DNA of 64,000 bases from Candidatus Melainabacteria bacterium 17Bon1m (GTDB lineage: Bacteria > Cyanobacteriota > Vampirovibrionia > Obscuribacterales > Obscuribacteraceae): contig JAVLKG010000004.1 in the NCBI GenBank assembly GCA_032128875.1, positions 128,001-192,000 of the forward strand, in the 5' to 3' direction. Position 1 is the first letter of the stretch, and the number at the start of each line of letters is the position of its first letter. A program made the translations under genes and the position numbers. Below the pieces are notes generated by a model that saw nothing but the letters and a program-made list of their open reading frames with translations, was not told where the DNA came from and made no database searches. Below are positions 30,336 to 40,018 of the stretch, piece by piece.

Positions 30336-31034
30336 TTATTCAGCGACCCAAACTTTATCTCCGCCCTGCATTTTAGCCATGGTGCAGGCCTGATATGCCT
30401 TTTGAATCAACTCGTCCGGTGAAGGTGAATGATCTGGGAAAGCGGAGACTCCGATACTGACGGTAACGCTCCAGTTTTGACCCATTTCGGAGATGCGTTC
30501 ATAGCTGACTTTGGAGCGAATGCGCTCTGCCAAAACCAGTGTTCCTTTGAGGTCAGTGTTGGGCAGCACGACTGCGAAGTGGTCGGCATCGTAGCGAGCC
30601 GGAATGTCCACGTCGCGGATCATCTTCATGATGAAGTTGGAGAGTCCTTTTAGGATTGAGTCGGAAACAAGTTTTCCGTGTGATTGCTCAACTTGTTCGA
30701 GTTGATCGACTCTGATGATCAAAAGCGCTTCGTTTTGCTTGTAGCGGCGCGAGCGCTTCAATTCATCTTTGAAGATTCGCATGATCGAATCATGGTTGTA
30801 GAGTTCAGTCAGGCTGTCGAGCAAAGCCAGCTTCTGTATATCTGCTGACGAATTGCTGGAGACAAAGGCTTGTGCGCCGGAAAGCAACTGGCTTTGCTCG
30901 AGTTCTCTTACGCGCGCCATCGGATCGATTTGTTGTTTTCTCTTGATCTCACCTGTGGTGCGGAGTTGATCAAGCTTTTGTCTGAACAAGCTTTCTCTGC
31001 CGAAAAGTGCGTCTTCTTTGCCACCGCGTGTCAT
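30336..31034 (-). CDS. Degenerate GGDEF-domain protein
   Basis: DSLTELYN start, RDVD I-site, GGDEF replaced by DADHF, VTVSIGVS. Confidence 0.88.
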   Translation of the reverse strand: MTRGGKEDALFGRESLFRQKLDQLRTTGEIKRKQQIDPMARVRELEQSQLLSGAQAFVSSNSSADIQKLALLDSLTELYNHDSIMRIFKDELKRSRRYKQNEALLIIRVDQLEQVEQSHGKLVSDSILKGLSNFIMKMIRDVDIPARYDADHFAVVLPNTDLKGTLVLAERIRSKVSYERISEMGQNWSVTVSIGVSAFPDHSPSPDELIQKAYQACTMAKMQGGDKVWVAE

Positions 31035-31504
31035 CCGTACACCCCAAAACACTGAGTAGATCTATAACTGCTGAATTATACTGCAAGGTCCCTTTGGGCA
31101 GGACCGATTGCAACACCGATGCAAATTACATTGGCATGTTCTCAATGAGAAAAAGTCCAGAAATCCTTGATTGCCAAGGGGTTTGGTTGTCATTAAACGT
31201 AGTACTATTTAGATATTGGTCAAATATCTTTTGACACATAACATGTTTTTTCACTTCTAGTTATCAAGCCCCCGCGCACCCCGGAACAAAAGCGTCCCTC
31301 GTGATGTCAGTGGCTTTACTGGAACTCCCCGGTCTAATGAAAGGGACAGTTAGCTCTTGATAAACTTATTCCTACCGGAAATACCGGGAAAAATCGGCTG
31401 CTGTCAAGGTAAAGTCATAGCTTCCGATGGAGACCTGAAAAAAACATACTGGCCACATCTAAACAAATTGACTTCACTTCGTACTTCCAAGGTTCTATAA
31501 GCCG

Positions 31505-32221
31505 ATGAATTCAACAGCCAAGCGGCGCGTGTCGCTCCACAAGAGCTTTACGTTACTGACATTGTTTTTTGTCATTTCAACGTTCATGCCAAACAATGCA
31601 GCACTTGCAGGTTCTGCGCTCTCTGATGCCGAAAAGCTCGCCAAAGGTGAAGTTGTTGTCGGTGTGAAAAATGTTGGCAGCACCAAGTATGTAACCGGCA
31701 CAATTTTGCTAGACCAGTCGCCAGAGCAAGTCTGGCCTGTCATGGTCAATCCCTTCGAGTTTCAAGGCAAGATTTCTCCACGTATGAAGACCGTGGATGT
31801 AATGCTCGACAAAGAAGATCAGTCGATTATGAAGGTGACGCTCGATCTCGGCGTTTTCATTCCGAATTTCAGTTATACAGTTGATTCCCACTACACACGC
31901 AAAGAGGGTCTCATCTCATTTAAGCGTCTAGGTGGAACTCTCAAGGATTTCAGCGGTACGTGGGAAATGAAGCCTGCTGATAATGGCAAAACCGAATTGA
32001 CCTACTCCATGTTTGTAGATCCCGGTTTCTTTGTTCCTCAATGGATCATGCGCGAAGGTGTCAAAGTTGAGTTGCCTTCGACTCTGACTTTGCTGCGCAA
32101 GCGCCTCGACAATGTTTATCTGCACCAAAATGCTCTTGAACCTAAAACGATTCTTGCTGCACGTGGTCAGTTGGCTCATAAGACTCCGGCTACAACCGGC
32201 GGAGTATCTGTCTGGCAATAA
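31505..32221 (+). CDS. SRPBCC/START (polyketide cyclase-like) protein, exported
   Basis: SPEQVW.V, G.LKDFSGTW, TELTY...VDPG..VP; signal peptide. Confidence 0.82.
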   Translation: MNSTAKRRVSLHKSFTLLTLFFVISTFMPNNAALAGSALSDAEKLAKGEVVVGVKNVGSTKYVTGTILLDQSPEQVWPVMVNPFEFQGKISPRMKTVDVMLDKEDQSIMKVTLDLGVFIPNFSYTVDSHYTRKEGLISFKRLGGTLKDFSGTWEMKPADNGKTELTYSMFVDPGFFVPQWIMREGVKVELPSTLTLLRKRLDNVYLHQNALEPKTILAARGQLAHKTPATTGGVSVWQ

Positions 32222-32290
32222 GCCAAGATCAGGACTCGTCGTGTTCTTTGCCACGGCTGTTCATCATGACTTAGCGCTTAAGCGCTAGTG

Positions 32291-33886
32291 CTATTGATTG
32301 GCTTGCTTAATTTCTAACTTCGATTCAGTCTTGGTTTCAGTCTTGGTTGTGACTGTTTTGGTTTCGACCTTGACCTCTGACTTGGGTTCTTTAGGTGCTT
32401 GCATTTGAGTGCCGGCCAGAGTGCTCACAAGTGCACCGATGGAAGTACGAACATCGCCAACGCCTGGTGCGTGTCCATTCACCATGATTGTCACAAGAAG
32501 AGTTTGACCGCCTGAATTCTTCAGCACGCCTGTAATGCATCTGACACTATCCATGGCACCAGTTTTAAACTTCCAAGAACCAGTCTTTTGTCCGTGTTTT
32601 ACATCGCCACCTTTGAGCAAACTGACATAGCCGCCTTCGCCGTATTTGCTTAGCATGTGGCGAAGCACCATATTTAGGGCGTGAGGCGTGACGCAATCTT
32701 TACGTGATAGACCACACCCGTCTTTTAGTACGACTTCGTTCATTGGCACGCCGAATGATCCTAGCCAGCCGCGCAAACGAGCCAGCCCTTTTTCTTCCAT
32801 GCTGGGATGGTCATTTGATTTGTTATCGCTGCCCAGGGCAACGGTTCTAAGCAATTGCTGAGCATAGAGATTGTCGCTTTGATGAAGGCAAGTCTGAATG
32901 ATTTTGGAGAGTGGTTCGGACTTGTGCTCAACGAGAACTGAGAGATTGAGCTCTTTACCTGCTTCGCTGTTTTTGCCACCAAATTTGATGCCGGCGTTTT
33001 TCGCTGCCGTGCGAGCAAGGGCCAGGTTGAACATATTTGGATTGCTGACCACTAAAGGACCGCGCCCTGTCGCTACCGGATATCCGCGATAAGCGCGCAC
33101 TGTGTTGGTTCTATCGTCGTACACCATCCAACCCGGGTAGAGGTCTTGGCGCATAATTGACTTCGAGTGGGCGTTGACCTCCTGGGTGCTGTCGATCTCC
33201 AATAGTTTTGCGTTGTTGGGCAAATTGCCGCCACCAAAGATATTGCTGTCGACAACGAGGTCCGAAGAGACAGGCATCCATTCCTGTCCAAAATCTTCAT
33301 TGAGAAAACTGGGGACAAAGTGGTCGCCACCATTGGGTGTCGGGCTCAGCTTTAGACTGCCATCTACACTCTTTATGCCTTTATTCGACAACTCGCTGAA
33401 GAGACGCATGAGATCTCCGTACGAGAGAGTCGGGTCTTCAGATGGAATAAGATACAAATCCCCTTTGATCTTGCCGCCTTTGATTTCGCCACTACAGGCA
33501 ATGGCGGTGGTGTAGCGATAATTTCCGCCATACGATTCGAAGGCGCATGCAGTTGAAAAAACTTTCGCCGTAGAAGCAGGAGTGAAGCGCTTTTCTCCCT
33601 GGGATGAGCAAACGACGTTGCCGGTCGCGAAGTCCATCACCTCGACTGCCACCTGCGAATTGCGCAGCTCATATCGCTTGAGCCAGGAATTGACCGCATT
33701 TGTTATCGGCATGTCGAACTTCATTTGAGCAGGTCTGGCTGCCGGATTGCTCGCATGTGCGCTTGATGCGCGTCTGCCTGATCCCCGAGCCGCTCTGGCG
33801 GAAGCACTTTTCATAGTCAAAACTTCGCACGCCGACCATACATTAATAAGAACGAGAGCTGAAAGGAGTAAAGATCTTGTTTTCAT
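32291..33886 (-). CDS. dacB: D-alanyl-D-alanine carboxypeptidase/endopeptidase PBP4 (S13)
   Basis: PASTAK (SxxK), SDN, DGCGLSR, KTG. Confidence 0.92.
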   Translation of the reverse strand: MKTRSLLLSALVLINVWSACEVLTMKSASARAARGSGRRASSAHASNPAARPAQMKFDMPITNAVNSWLKRYELRNSQVAVEVMDFATGNVVCSSQGEKRFTPASTAKVFSTACAFESYGGNYRYTTAIACSGEIKGGKIKGDLYLIPSEDPTLSYGDLMRLFSELSNKGIKSVDGSLKLSPTPNGGDHFVPSFLNEDFGQEWMPVSSDLVVDSNIFGGGNLPNNAKLLEIDSTQEVNAHSKSIMRQDLYPGWMVYDDRTNTVRAYRGYPVATGRGPLVVSNPNMFNLALARTAAKNAGIKFGGKNSEAGKELNLSVLVEHKSEPLSKIIQTCLHQSDNLYAQQLLRTVALGSDNKSNDHPSMEEKGLARLRGWLGSFGVPMNEVVLKDGCGLSRKDCVTPHALNMVLRHMLSKYGEGGYVSLLKGGDVKHGQKTGSWKFKTGAMDSVRCITGVLKNSGGQTLLVTIMVNGHAPGVGDVRTSIGALVSTLAGTQMQAPKEPKSEVKVETKTVTTKTETKTESKLEIKQANQ

Positions 33887-33933
33887 TCAGGCCGCCATAG
33901 AATCGAGATTTACTTTTTTTTTGGTTCGTCAGT

Positions 33934-34377
33934 TTAGTTGCATAGTTCAAGAATTTTCGGCGGTATTTTGCATGGCCTCATGTTTGACGATGTGAGAAAG
34001 ACTCCTTCATGAATTGCTGAAGTTGCCAATTCGCCACCAACTCTGATCTCGCCTTTGAATTTAATTCTTGCTTTTGAAATCGAATCGATCCACATGTATC
34101 CGTGCGGTTTGTCGAAAAGTTTGATTGCTCGTTTGTATTCAATGTGATGCGCCGTGATGATGGGTACGAATCCATCATTCATGCATTCTTCGAGTGGATA
34201 GTACTTTTCGAAGATTTGGAGCCGCAGCGCTTCAAACCAGCGAAGATAAACGATGTTGGAGACATGTGCTGCAAAATCAATGTCGTAGGTGCCAATGAAA
34301 ATATCCATATCGACGGCAAGCATTCGTTTTTCTTGCGCTGGTGATTCGACTAATTTCTCTGGCGAATTGGCGGTCAT
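33934..34377 (-). CDS. Acyl-CoA thioesterase (4HBT hotdog fold)
   Basis: DIDFAAHVSNIVYLRWFE motif. Confidence 0.88.
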   Translation of the reverse strand: MTANSPEKLVESPAQEKRMLAVDMDIFIGTYDIDFAAHVSNIVYLRWFEALRLQIFEKYYPLEECMNDGFVPIITAHHIEYKRAIKLFDKPHGYMWIDSISKARIKFKGEIRVGGELATSAIHEGVFLTSSNMRPCKIPPKILELCN

Positions 34378-34465
34378 ATTACTGGTTGGTCTCCTCGATC
34401 TCCTGGCATCGTTTTATCTTAAAACGTGTATTTTAGCCAATTGGGAGCAGACTTACCTGAAGCGA

Positions 34466-34495
34466 AGCGGGCTTTCCTTTGAAAGAAAGCCCGCT
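34466..34495. terminator. Strong hairpin between FMN reductase and thioesterase genes
   Basis: AGCGGGCTTTC / GAAAGCCCGCT 11-bp perfect stem; the T run is on the plus-strand side. Confidence 0.5.
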
Positions 34496-34544
34496 CGTTT
34501 TTGCGCTTATGGGAACCGGCGTTAACCGGCATGAATGTTGACTT

Positions 34545-35084
34545 TTACGAAACCCTAATCGGCCCGGTCACAGAAATCATGCGTCTGGCGGTGTCTGCCA
34601 GCTCAACTATACGTCTTTGCATGTCTGTATCCGTGATCTGACTTGCCTGGAACGAGGAGCCATCTGCGTAGACGAAGCGCGGGATGATCACGCAACGAAA
34701 ATCCAGCATCAGGCTGTTGGCGACATTCATGACCGACATATAGCTCGACTTTCCGCCTGCTGCGCAGAGGAAGCCAACTAATTTGTCTGTCCAAGAGCGG
34801 CCGGTCAGTTCGATCAAATTCTTGGCTGCTGCGGACAAATAGAAGTTGTATACAGGTGCAGCCATGAGAACGCAACGCGCATTAGCAATCAAACTGGAAA
34901 GTTCTTGCACATTCGCGTCGCTGTAGCAGGCGCCCGCATCGCAGACAGGCAGCGGGTAATCCTGCAGGTCGATAAACTTGACCTTGTCTTTCTTGGCCAA
35001 TTCATCAAACACTTCTTTCGCCATGATGCGGCTGTTGCTTTCTGGATTTAAGCTCGTGCTGATGACCAGATAGTCGTATGTCAT
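34545..35084 (-). CDS. NADPH-dependent FMN reductase (flavodoxin-like)
   Basis: STSLNPESNS phosphate loop, APVYN, KNLIE, AAGG. Confidence 0.88.
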   Translation of the reverse strand: MTYDYLVISTSLNPESNSRIMAKEVFDELAKKDKVKFIDLQDYPLPVCDAGACYSDANVQELSSLIANARCVLMAAPVYNFYLSAAAKNLIELTGRSWTDKLVGFLCAAGGKSSYMSVMNVANSLMLDFRCVIIPRFVYADGSSFQASQITDTDMQRRIVELADTARRMISVTGPIRVS

Positions 35085-35155
35085 GATTCTTCTCCGCGCA
35101 ATTATTGTCAGTTCAAATGCAGATTCTGATCGCAACCGGGTGTAGTTTATTGCGC

Positions 35156-35686
35156 TCAGGCTGCAGATTCAGAGCTTTTTGAACTGGGCTCTTTGCTCTG
35201 TAATTTTGGCTCGATTTCTGTGGTTTTGTTTTGCACTTTGTCGAGAGCCTTGATGTATCGATTTGCGTGATAGCGCTCAACAAGCCCAAGCGCTTTGAAT
35301 CGCTTCGCCGCTTTGATGAAGATCTCAGCGTGTTGTGCTGACTCCTTAGCTTGCTCTTGAAATTCACTAACGGCAGCTTGATCGCCCTCTTGAACAGCGA
35401 CTCGCTCGAATTCAGGATACATCTGATTGGTTTCATATAGCTCACCTTCAATCGCCAATTCAAGAATTCTTTCCACAGTCATTTCGTTTGACGGGTAAAG
35501 CAGCTCCAGGTGAGCAAACGCGTGACCAGTCTCTTGATGCGCAGTTTCTTCAAACAAGTCGGCGACTTCATCTGCGCCTAACTTACGTGCGATTTTTGCG
35601 AAGTACAGGTACTTACGATTTGCCATTGATTCGCCTGCGAAGGCTGATTCTAAGTTTTTTTCGGTTTGTGTGTTGTGTTGATGCAT
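35156..35686 (-). CDS. rbr: Rubrerythrin family di-iron protein lacking a rubredoxin domain
   Basis: AFAGESMANRKYLYFA, ETAHQETGHA, EGELYE, ESAQH; no CxxC pairs. Confidence 0.9.
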   Translation of the reverse strand: MHQHNTQTEKNLESAFAGESMANRKYLYFAKIARKLGADEVADLFEETAHQETGHAFAHLELLYPSNEMTVERILELAIEGELYETNQMYPEFERVAVQEGDQAAVSEFQEQAKESAQHAEIFIKAAKRFKALGLVERYHANRYIKALDKVQNKTTEIEPKLQSKEPSSKSSESAA

Positions 35687-35714
35687 GAGAACTCCTTCTA
35701 GATCGCTTCTATTC

Positions 35715-35729
35715 TTAGACTCGATCTAA
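35715..35729. promoter_or_regulatory. Putative PerR/Fur operator upstream of rubrerythrin
   Basis: TTAGA-CTCGA-TCTAA palindrome; the same arms occur upstream of the regulator gene. Confidence 0.7.
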
Positions 35730-35778
35730 ATTGTGGGTAAAAAAAAGCGTTGAAACGCTTTATATTGTGTCTATCGCC

Positions 35779-36204
35779 TTATTCACTTGTATTTCCTGCT
35801 TTTCCGCCGACTACTTCACCAAAAATAGTCACGTGAAAGCTACGAACCTTGTATTTATCGCCCAATTCAAGCTTTATTTGGTTGAGCGTTTCGGCCGGAA
35901 TGTCGATTACATCGCCAGTCTCGATATCTACAAAGTGGTGGTGGTCTGACATATTGGCGTCATATCGCACCCTTCCGGCTTCTGTAGTCACTTCTTGAAC
36001 CACGCCAGCGGCAACAAGTGCGTTAAGCGTGTTGTAGACAGTGGCTCTCGATAAACTGACAGGCAATTTAGTCTTAACCGCCTGAAACACCTCGTCGGCA
36101 GTTGGGTGACTGTGAGTGCCTAGAAGATATTCTGCAATGACCATGCGTTGGGGCGTTGGTTTGACCCCATGCGTGCTCAGTAACTCTTCTACGTTGTGTT
36201 TCAT
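35779..36204 (-). CDS. perR: Fur-family transcriptional repressor, probably PerR
   Basis: TPQR, HPTADE, SRATVYNTL, RYDAN...HHHF; adjacent to rubrerythrin; no CxxC. Confidence 0.8.
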   Translation of the reverse strand: MKHNVEELLSTHGVKPTPQRMVIAEYLLGTHSHPTADEVFQAVKTKLPVSLSRATVYNTLNALVAAGVVQEVTTEAGRVRYDANMSDHHHFVDIETGDVIDIPAETLNQIKLELGDKYKVRSFHVTIFGEVVGGKAGNTSE

Positions 36205-36263
36205 GGCTTTCCGGCCTTTTCTTTGGGTGGCAAACTTAAATTGCCGGTTTGAATCTGTCTGTA

Positions 36264-36295
36264 TTTAGAATAAGTCTAAACGTGGACATTGTCAA
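36264..36295 (-). promoter_or_regulatory. perR promoter overlapped by an autoregulatory operator
   Basis: Minus strand TTGACA (36295-36290), 17 nt, TATTCT (36272-36267); palindrome TTTAGA-ATAAG-TCTAAA (36264-36280) covers the -10. Confidence 0.75.
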
Positions 36296-36439
36296 CCCCG
36301 CTTGATCATCTTTCATAAAACGTATGTCCGCACCCGATTTTCGTCTATAAAATAGGTTCGATTCGAATCTATATAATCCAAATAATCCGATCATATTCAA
36401 TAACTAGGCAAATCGGTCAGTAAAGGAGTGGAAGGCTAA

Positions 36440-36673
36440 ATGGCGCTCAATGTAATTAAGAAAGCCATTGAAGAAGGCAAAATGCGTTGTCCTGAGTGCA
36501 AGGGCTCAGTAAAGCAATTTGATAAGTATGTTGAAACCTGCGACTCCGTCTGGGATGGTGCCGGCGACTCCGGGTTGGAAACCAAAGATGCAAAAGTGAC
36601 GCTGATCTGCGGCAATGGTGGCTGCCAATGGCGTGAGCGCACCGAGTATTGGTCGGAATATATAGAAGACTAA
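36440..36673 (+). CDS. Small Cys-rich metal-binding (zinc-ribbon/rubredoxin-like) protein
   Basis: CPEC ... CGNGGC; AAGGAG upstream. Confidence 0.72.
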   Translation: MALNVIKKAIEEGKMRCPECKGSVKQFDKYVETCDSVWDGAGDSGLETKDAKVTLICGNGGCQWRERTEYWSEYIED

Positions 36674-37704
36674 CTCTCTGTTTTGGTGGCGCCATCTGCT
36701 TCCTTTTCAGGTTGCGACAGCGAAGAGCTTGTATCTGCGGGATCCGTTTCGTCCGTCGGAGATTGTGCAGGAGCTGATTTTGCTTCGATTGCTTCGGCGT
36801 GTTTGAGGCAAGCTTCGCTTTGAGCGCGATTGCCGCGTGCAGTATTGAGATCTGCGAGTTTTCGCCAAATATATGCAGACTCCGCTGAATCGGGTCCACT
36901 CTTCTTTTCTGTAAGCGCAAGCGCGCGCTTCAAAAGCTGCTCGGCAAGCGGGTATTGCCCCATAGTTTTGTAAGTCACTGCCATGCCGATTAGATTCACA
37001 GGGGTGTCTGCATCGGCAGTGTGTCCGGCCGCACCATTCTGAATGGCTTGCCTGTACTCGCTTTCCATATCATCGAGGCGACTTTCTCTGGCTTTTATGT
37101 TTTCAATCGTCTTTGCCAGTGCTTGTTCTGCGATTTCTCTGTCTTTGCCGGTGCCACTGCGCGACATTGTTTGCAATGCAGAGACGGTTCCTTGACTGGC
37201 ATAAATAGCTGCAATCCGCCCGGCTAATTTTGCATCGGCCAATGAATTGATAGCTAGAATTGCTGCCTTTTTGCTCTGCTCGCTGCCGGTAAGGTGAGGA
37301 ATGAACTTCTCGATCGTTTGAATTTCCTGAACTTTCAACTGCTGCTGGTTATATGTATAAGTGAAAACACCGCCGGCAAGGAAGATGAAAACACCGGAAA
37401 TAATCGGCGCCACCGCAGCGATTTTGTCCCACATATCTTTTTCAGGTCTAGGCGCACTTGTCACCGTAAGTGAGGCAGAGCCATCACTACCCGTAATCTT
37501 TTTTACTACGTCAGGAGCACGTTCAAGCTTTGGTTCCGCTTGATCTGCGCTTTCTGTCATTACTGATGAGTCGTCCATTTGTAGATTTCCTGATCGCGCA
37601 GGGCGCGTAGAATGCTCGCTTCGGCTGCCCGTGTCCGTGCGCGCAGTTCTTTGAATCACAGTCAAAGTATATTCCTGTGCCGTATTTGGATCAAATTGAT
37701 TCAT
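36670..37704 (-). CDS. Membrane-anchored TPR protein
   Basis: Single TM (IISGVFIFLAGGVF), HEAT-like helices, C-terminal TPRs. Confidence 0.75.
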   Translation of the reverse strand: MNQFDPNTAQEYTLTVIQRTARTDTGSRSEHSTRPARSGNLQMDDSSVMTESADQAEPKLERAPDVVKKITGSDGSASLTVTSAPRPEKDMWDKIAAVAPIISGVFIFLAGGVFTYTYNQQQLKVQEIQTIEKFIPHLTGSEQSKKAAILAINSLADAKLAGRIAAIYASQGTVSALQTMSRSGTGKDREIAEQALAKTIENIKARESRLDDMESEYRQAIQNGAAGHTADADTPVNLIGMAVTYKTMGQYPLAEQLLKRALALTEKKSGPDSAESAYIWRKLADLNTARGNRAQSEACLKHAEAIEAKSAPAQSPTDETDPADTSSSLSQPEKEADGATKTES

Positions 37705-37862
37705 TCAGATTTGATTCTCTGTCTCAATGAATGGATGATGGGCACGTGATTTGCGCCTTTGTAAATAAAGGTTCAATGCATTCAAATGTGCTAATCTACT
37801 GAGCTTCTATCACATTGTCTGTGTAATTCTTGTGAATTGCCTGTGTGGTGTTGGAGGCGATT

Positions 37863-38873
37863 GTGTCCGTCAAAACTCAAGAAAAAATGCGTGCCGTCAT
37901 TATCACCAAATTTGGCGAGCCCGAAGTGCTGAAAGTAGAACAAGTCGAAGCGCCGCAGCCGGAGCGCGGCGAGGTGCGCGTAAGAGTAATGGCGACATCC
38001 GTTAATCGTGCAGATGTTGTGCAGCGTCTAGGTAATTATCCTGCACCACCGGACTGTCCTCAAAACATTCCTGGTTTGGAATTCGCCGGTATTGTGGATG
38101 CCATCGGCGATGGTGCTGGAGATTGGAAGACAGGCGATCGTGTATTCGGCTTGTGTGGCGGCGGTGCGTATGCCGAATATGTGGTGGTTCATGGTCGCAC
38201 GCTGGCACCGATACCAGCGAATTTATCATTTACAGAAGCGGCAGCCATTCCTGAAGTATTCATGACTGCTTACGATGCATTGGTTTCACAAATGCGGCTT
38301 GTCTCTGGCGACGATGTTTTAATCAGCGCTGTGGGAAGTGGTGTCGGCACCGCAGCCGTCCAGATTGTCAAAGCTCTGGGCGCGCGCTCGATTGGCACAA
38401 GCCGCACAAAAGACAAGTTGGAGCAGGCGAAAAAACTGGGCCTGGATGACGGCATATTGGTGCAGGATGGAAAATTCGCAGAAGAGGTTTTGAAAGTTAC
38501 TGGTGGCAAGGGGATTGACCTTGTGCTTGAACTCACCGGTGGTGCATATGTTGAAGAAGATATCGCTTGTCTGGCTCCCCAAGGGCGTCTAATAGTTGTT
38601 GGTTTGGTGGCAGGTGCGAAGGCCAATGTAAATCTTGGAAAAGTTTTGAGCAACAGACTCGAAATTAAGGGAACCACGATGCGGCGCCGTCCGCTCGAAG
38701 AAAAAATCCAGGCTAATAACATTTTTGTCAAACAAGTTTTGCCACTCTTTGAGAAAGGGCTCTTGAAGCCGATTGTCGCCAAGATTTTTAAACTCGAAGA
38801 AGCCGCCGAAGCACATCACTTCATGCAGGCAGACAAGAACTTCGGAAAAGTTGTTCTGAGTCTCGAGAGCTAG
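37863..38873 (+). CDS. NAD(P)H-quinone oxidoreductase, PIG3/zeta-crystallin family
   Basis: VNRAD...R.G.YP, PGLEFAG, GSGVG, NFGKVVL; GTG at 37863 with GGAGG SD. Confidence 0.92.
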   Translation: MSVKTQEKMRAVIITKFGEPEVLKVEQVEAPQPERGEVRVRVMATSVNRADVVQRLGNYPAPPDCPQNIPGLEFAGIVDAIGDGAGDWKTGDRVFGLCGGGAYAEYVVVHGRTLAPIPANLSFTEAAAIPEVFMTAYDALVSQMRLVSGDDVLISAVGSGVGTAAVQIVKALGARSIGTSRTKDKLEQAKKLGLDDGILVQDGKFAEEVLKVTGGKGIDLVLELTGGAYVEEDIACLAPQGRLIVVGLVAGAKANVNLGKVLSNRLEIKGTTMRRRPLEEKIQANNIFVKQVLPLFEKGLLKPIVAKIFKLEEAAEAHHFMQADKNFGKVVLSLES

Positions 38874-39808
38874 TGCGTATATCGGAAATACAGTGGCGAC
38901 TGCAACGTATGTCCAATGAATCTGTTGAAGATGCGCAGCCGACGGAAGATGGCTCTCTGACACTAAGAGATCCCGAGACCGGTGAGCTGTATCATAATCG
39001 CGCTGGTGCTTATACAGAAGCACTTGCTAATTTCGTAGAACCCCTTAATTTGTCCGAGTTGGCGTCGACAAATGATCAATTGGCTTTTCTTGATGTGTGC
39101 TTTGGTTTGGGTTACAACACCTTATGCCTTTTGAACGAGCTGGCTAAGTTGGAGTTGAAGGCTGAGTCAATCAAAATCGTCGCAATCGAAAAGTTTCAAA
39201 AACCTCTCCTTTATATAAGTAGAGTTTTGTCTGACAATCGATTCCACCATTTGCAAAAACAGATTCTCTCGCAAGCTCCAAGATTGTCTGCTGGAGAGTT
39301 TGGCAGCAGCGAGTTTGCGTTGCACTGCAGGCAAGGGTCTGTGCGAGTGAACTTTGAAATACTTCAGGGTGACTTGCGTGAAGTGGTGCCGCAGATGGTT
39401 GCACACCACAGCGGTATTTTCCATGGAATCTTCCACGACCCCTTTTCTCCCCGCCGCGCTCCAGAATTGTGGACAATCGATCTCTTCGAGTGCTACAAGC
39501 AACTACTTTGCCAACCAAACGGTAAGGTAGTTACTTACAGCTCTGCAAGCGCGATTCGCGGTGCCTTTAGACAATGTGGGCTGATAGTGCGAAGGACTAC
39601 CGCGGTAGGTGGAAAGTCCGGAGGTACGCTGGCCATGCTTCCCTCCGCGAATGTCACAGAAGAGCAAGGACTGCCACTGCTTGAAGAGGAGATGGCGAAA
39701 CTCGCTGGTAGAGCCGGAGTTCCCTATCGTGATGCGCAATTTTGTAAAACGTCAAGAGAAATATTGAAAGCGCGCGAAGCAGAGCAAAGACTGCTATTCC
39801 CCTATTAA
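38873..39808 (+). CDS. Stand-alone MnmC-type (MnmD) tRNA methyltransferase domain
   Basis: TEDGS.TL...ELYH...GA..EA, DVCFGLGYN, DPFSP...PELW. Confidence 0.85.
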   Translation: MRISEIQWRLQRMSNESVEDAQPTEDGSLTLRDPETGELYHNRAGAYTEALANFVEPLNLSELASTNDQLAFLDVCFGLGYNTLCLLNELAKLELKAESIKIVAIEKFQKPLLYISRVLSDNRFHHLQKQILSQAPRLSAGEFGSSEFALHCRQGSVRVNFEILQGDLREVVPQMVAHHSGIFHGIFHDPFSPRRAPELWTIDLFECYKQLLCQPNGKVVTYSSASAIRGAFRQCGLIVRRTTAVGGKSGGTLAMLPSANVTEEQGLPLLEEEMAKLAGRAGVPYRDAQFCKTSREILKAREAEQRLLFPY

Positions 39809-40018
39809 TGAACATTTTGGGTCTTTCAATTTTTGATGCTGCCGCAATTGTTTTGTATATAAAAGCAGTACCGCCTTTGCGCCATTTTTAGAGAACCGCA
39901 TCTAGAGCCAGCCTCAGAATGAAGAAAATATGAATATGAGTCGCGTTTAATCAAAATGCGAGAACATTTAGCACCTCCCTGCGTCTTCCAATACGTGAAA
40001 GCAAGGAGGCTATGTCCT

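Noticed and set aside
31261-31363. SAM-I riboswitch (minus strand begins TTATCAAGAG and ends GATAA)
   Set aside because: The internal SAM-I core (GAGGGA..GGCCC, GCAACC, GGTGC.AA in the right order) is absent, and no Met/SAM gene is downstream.
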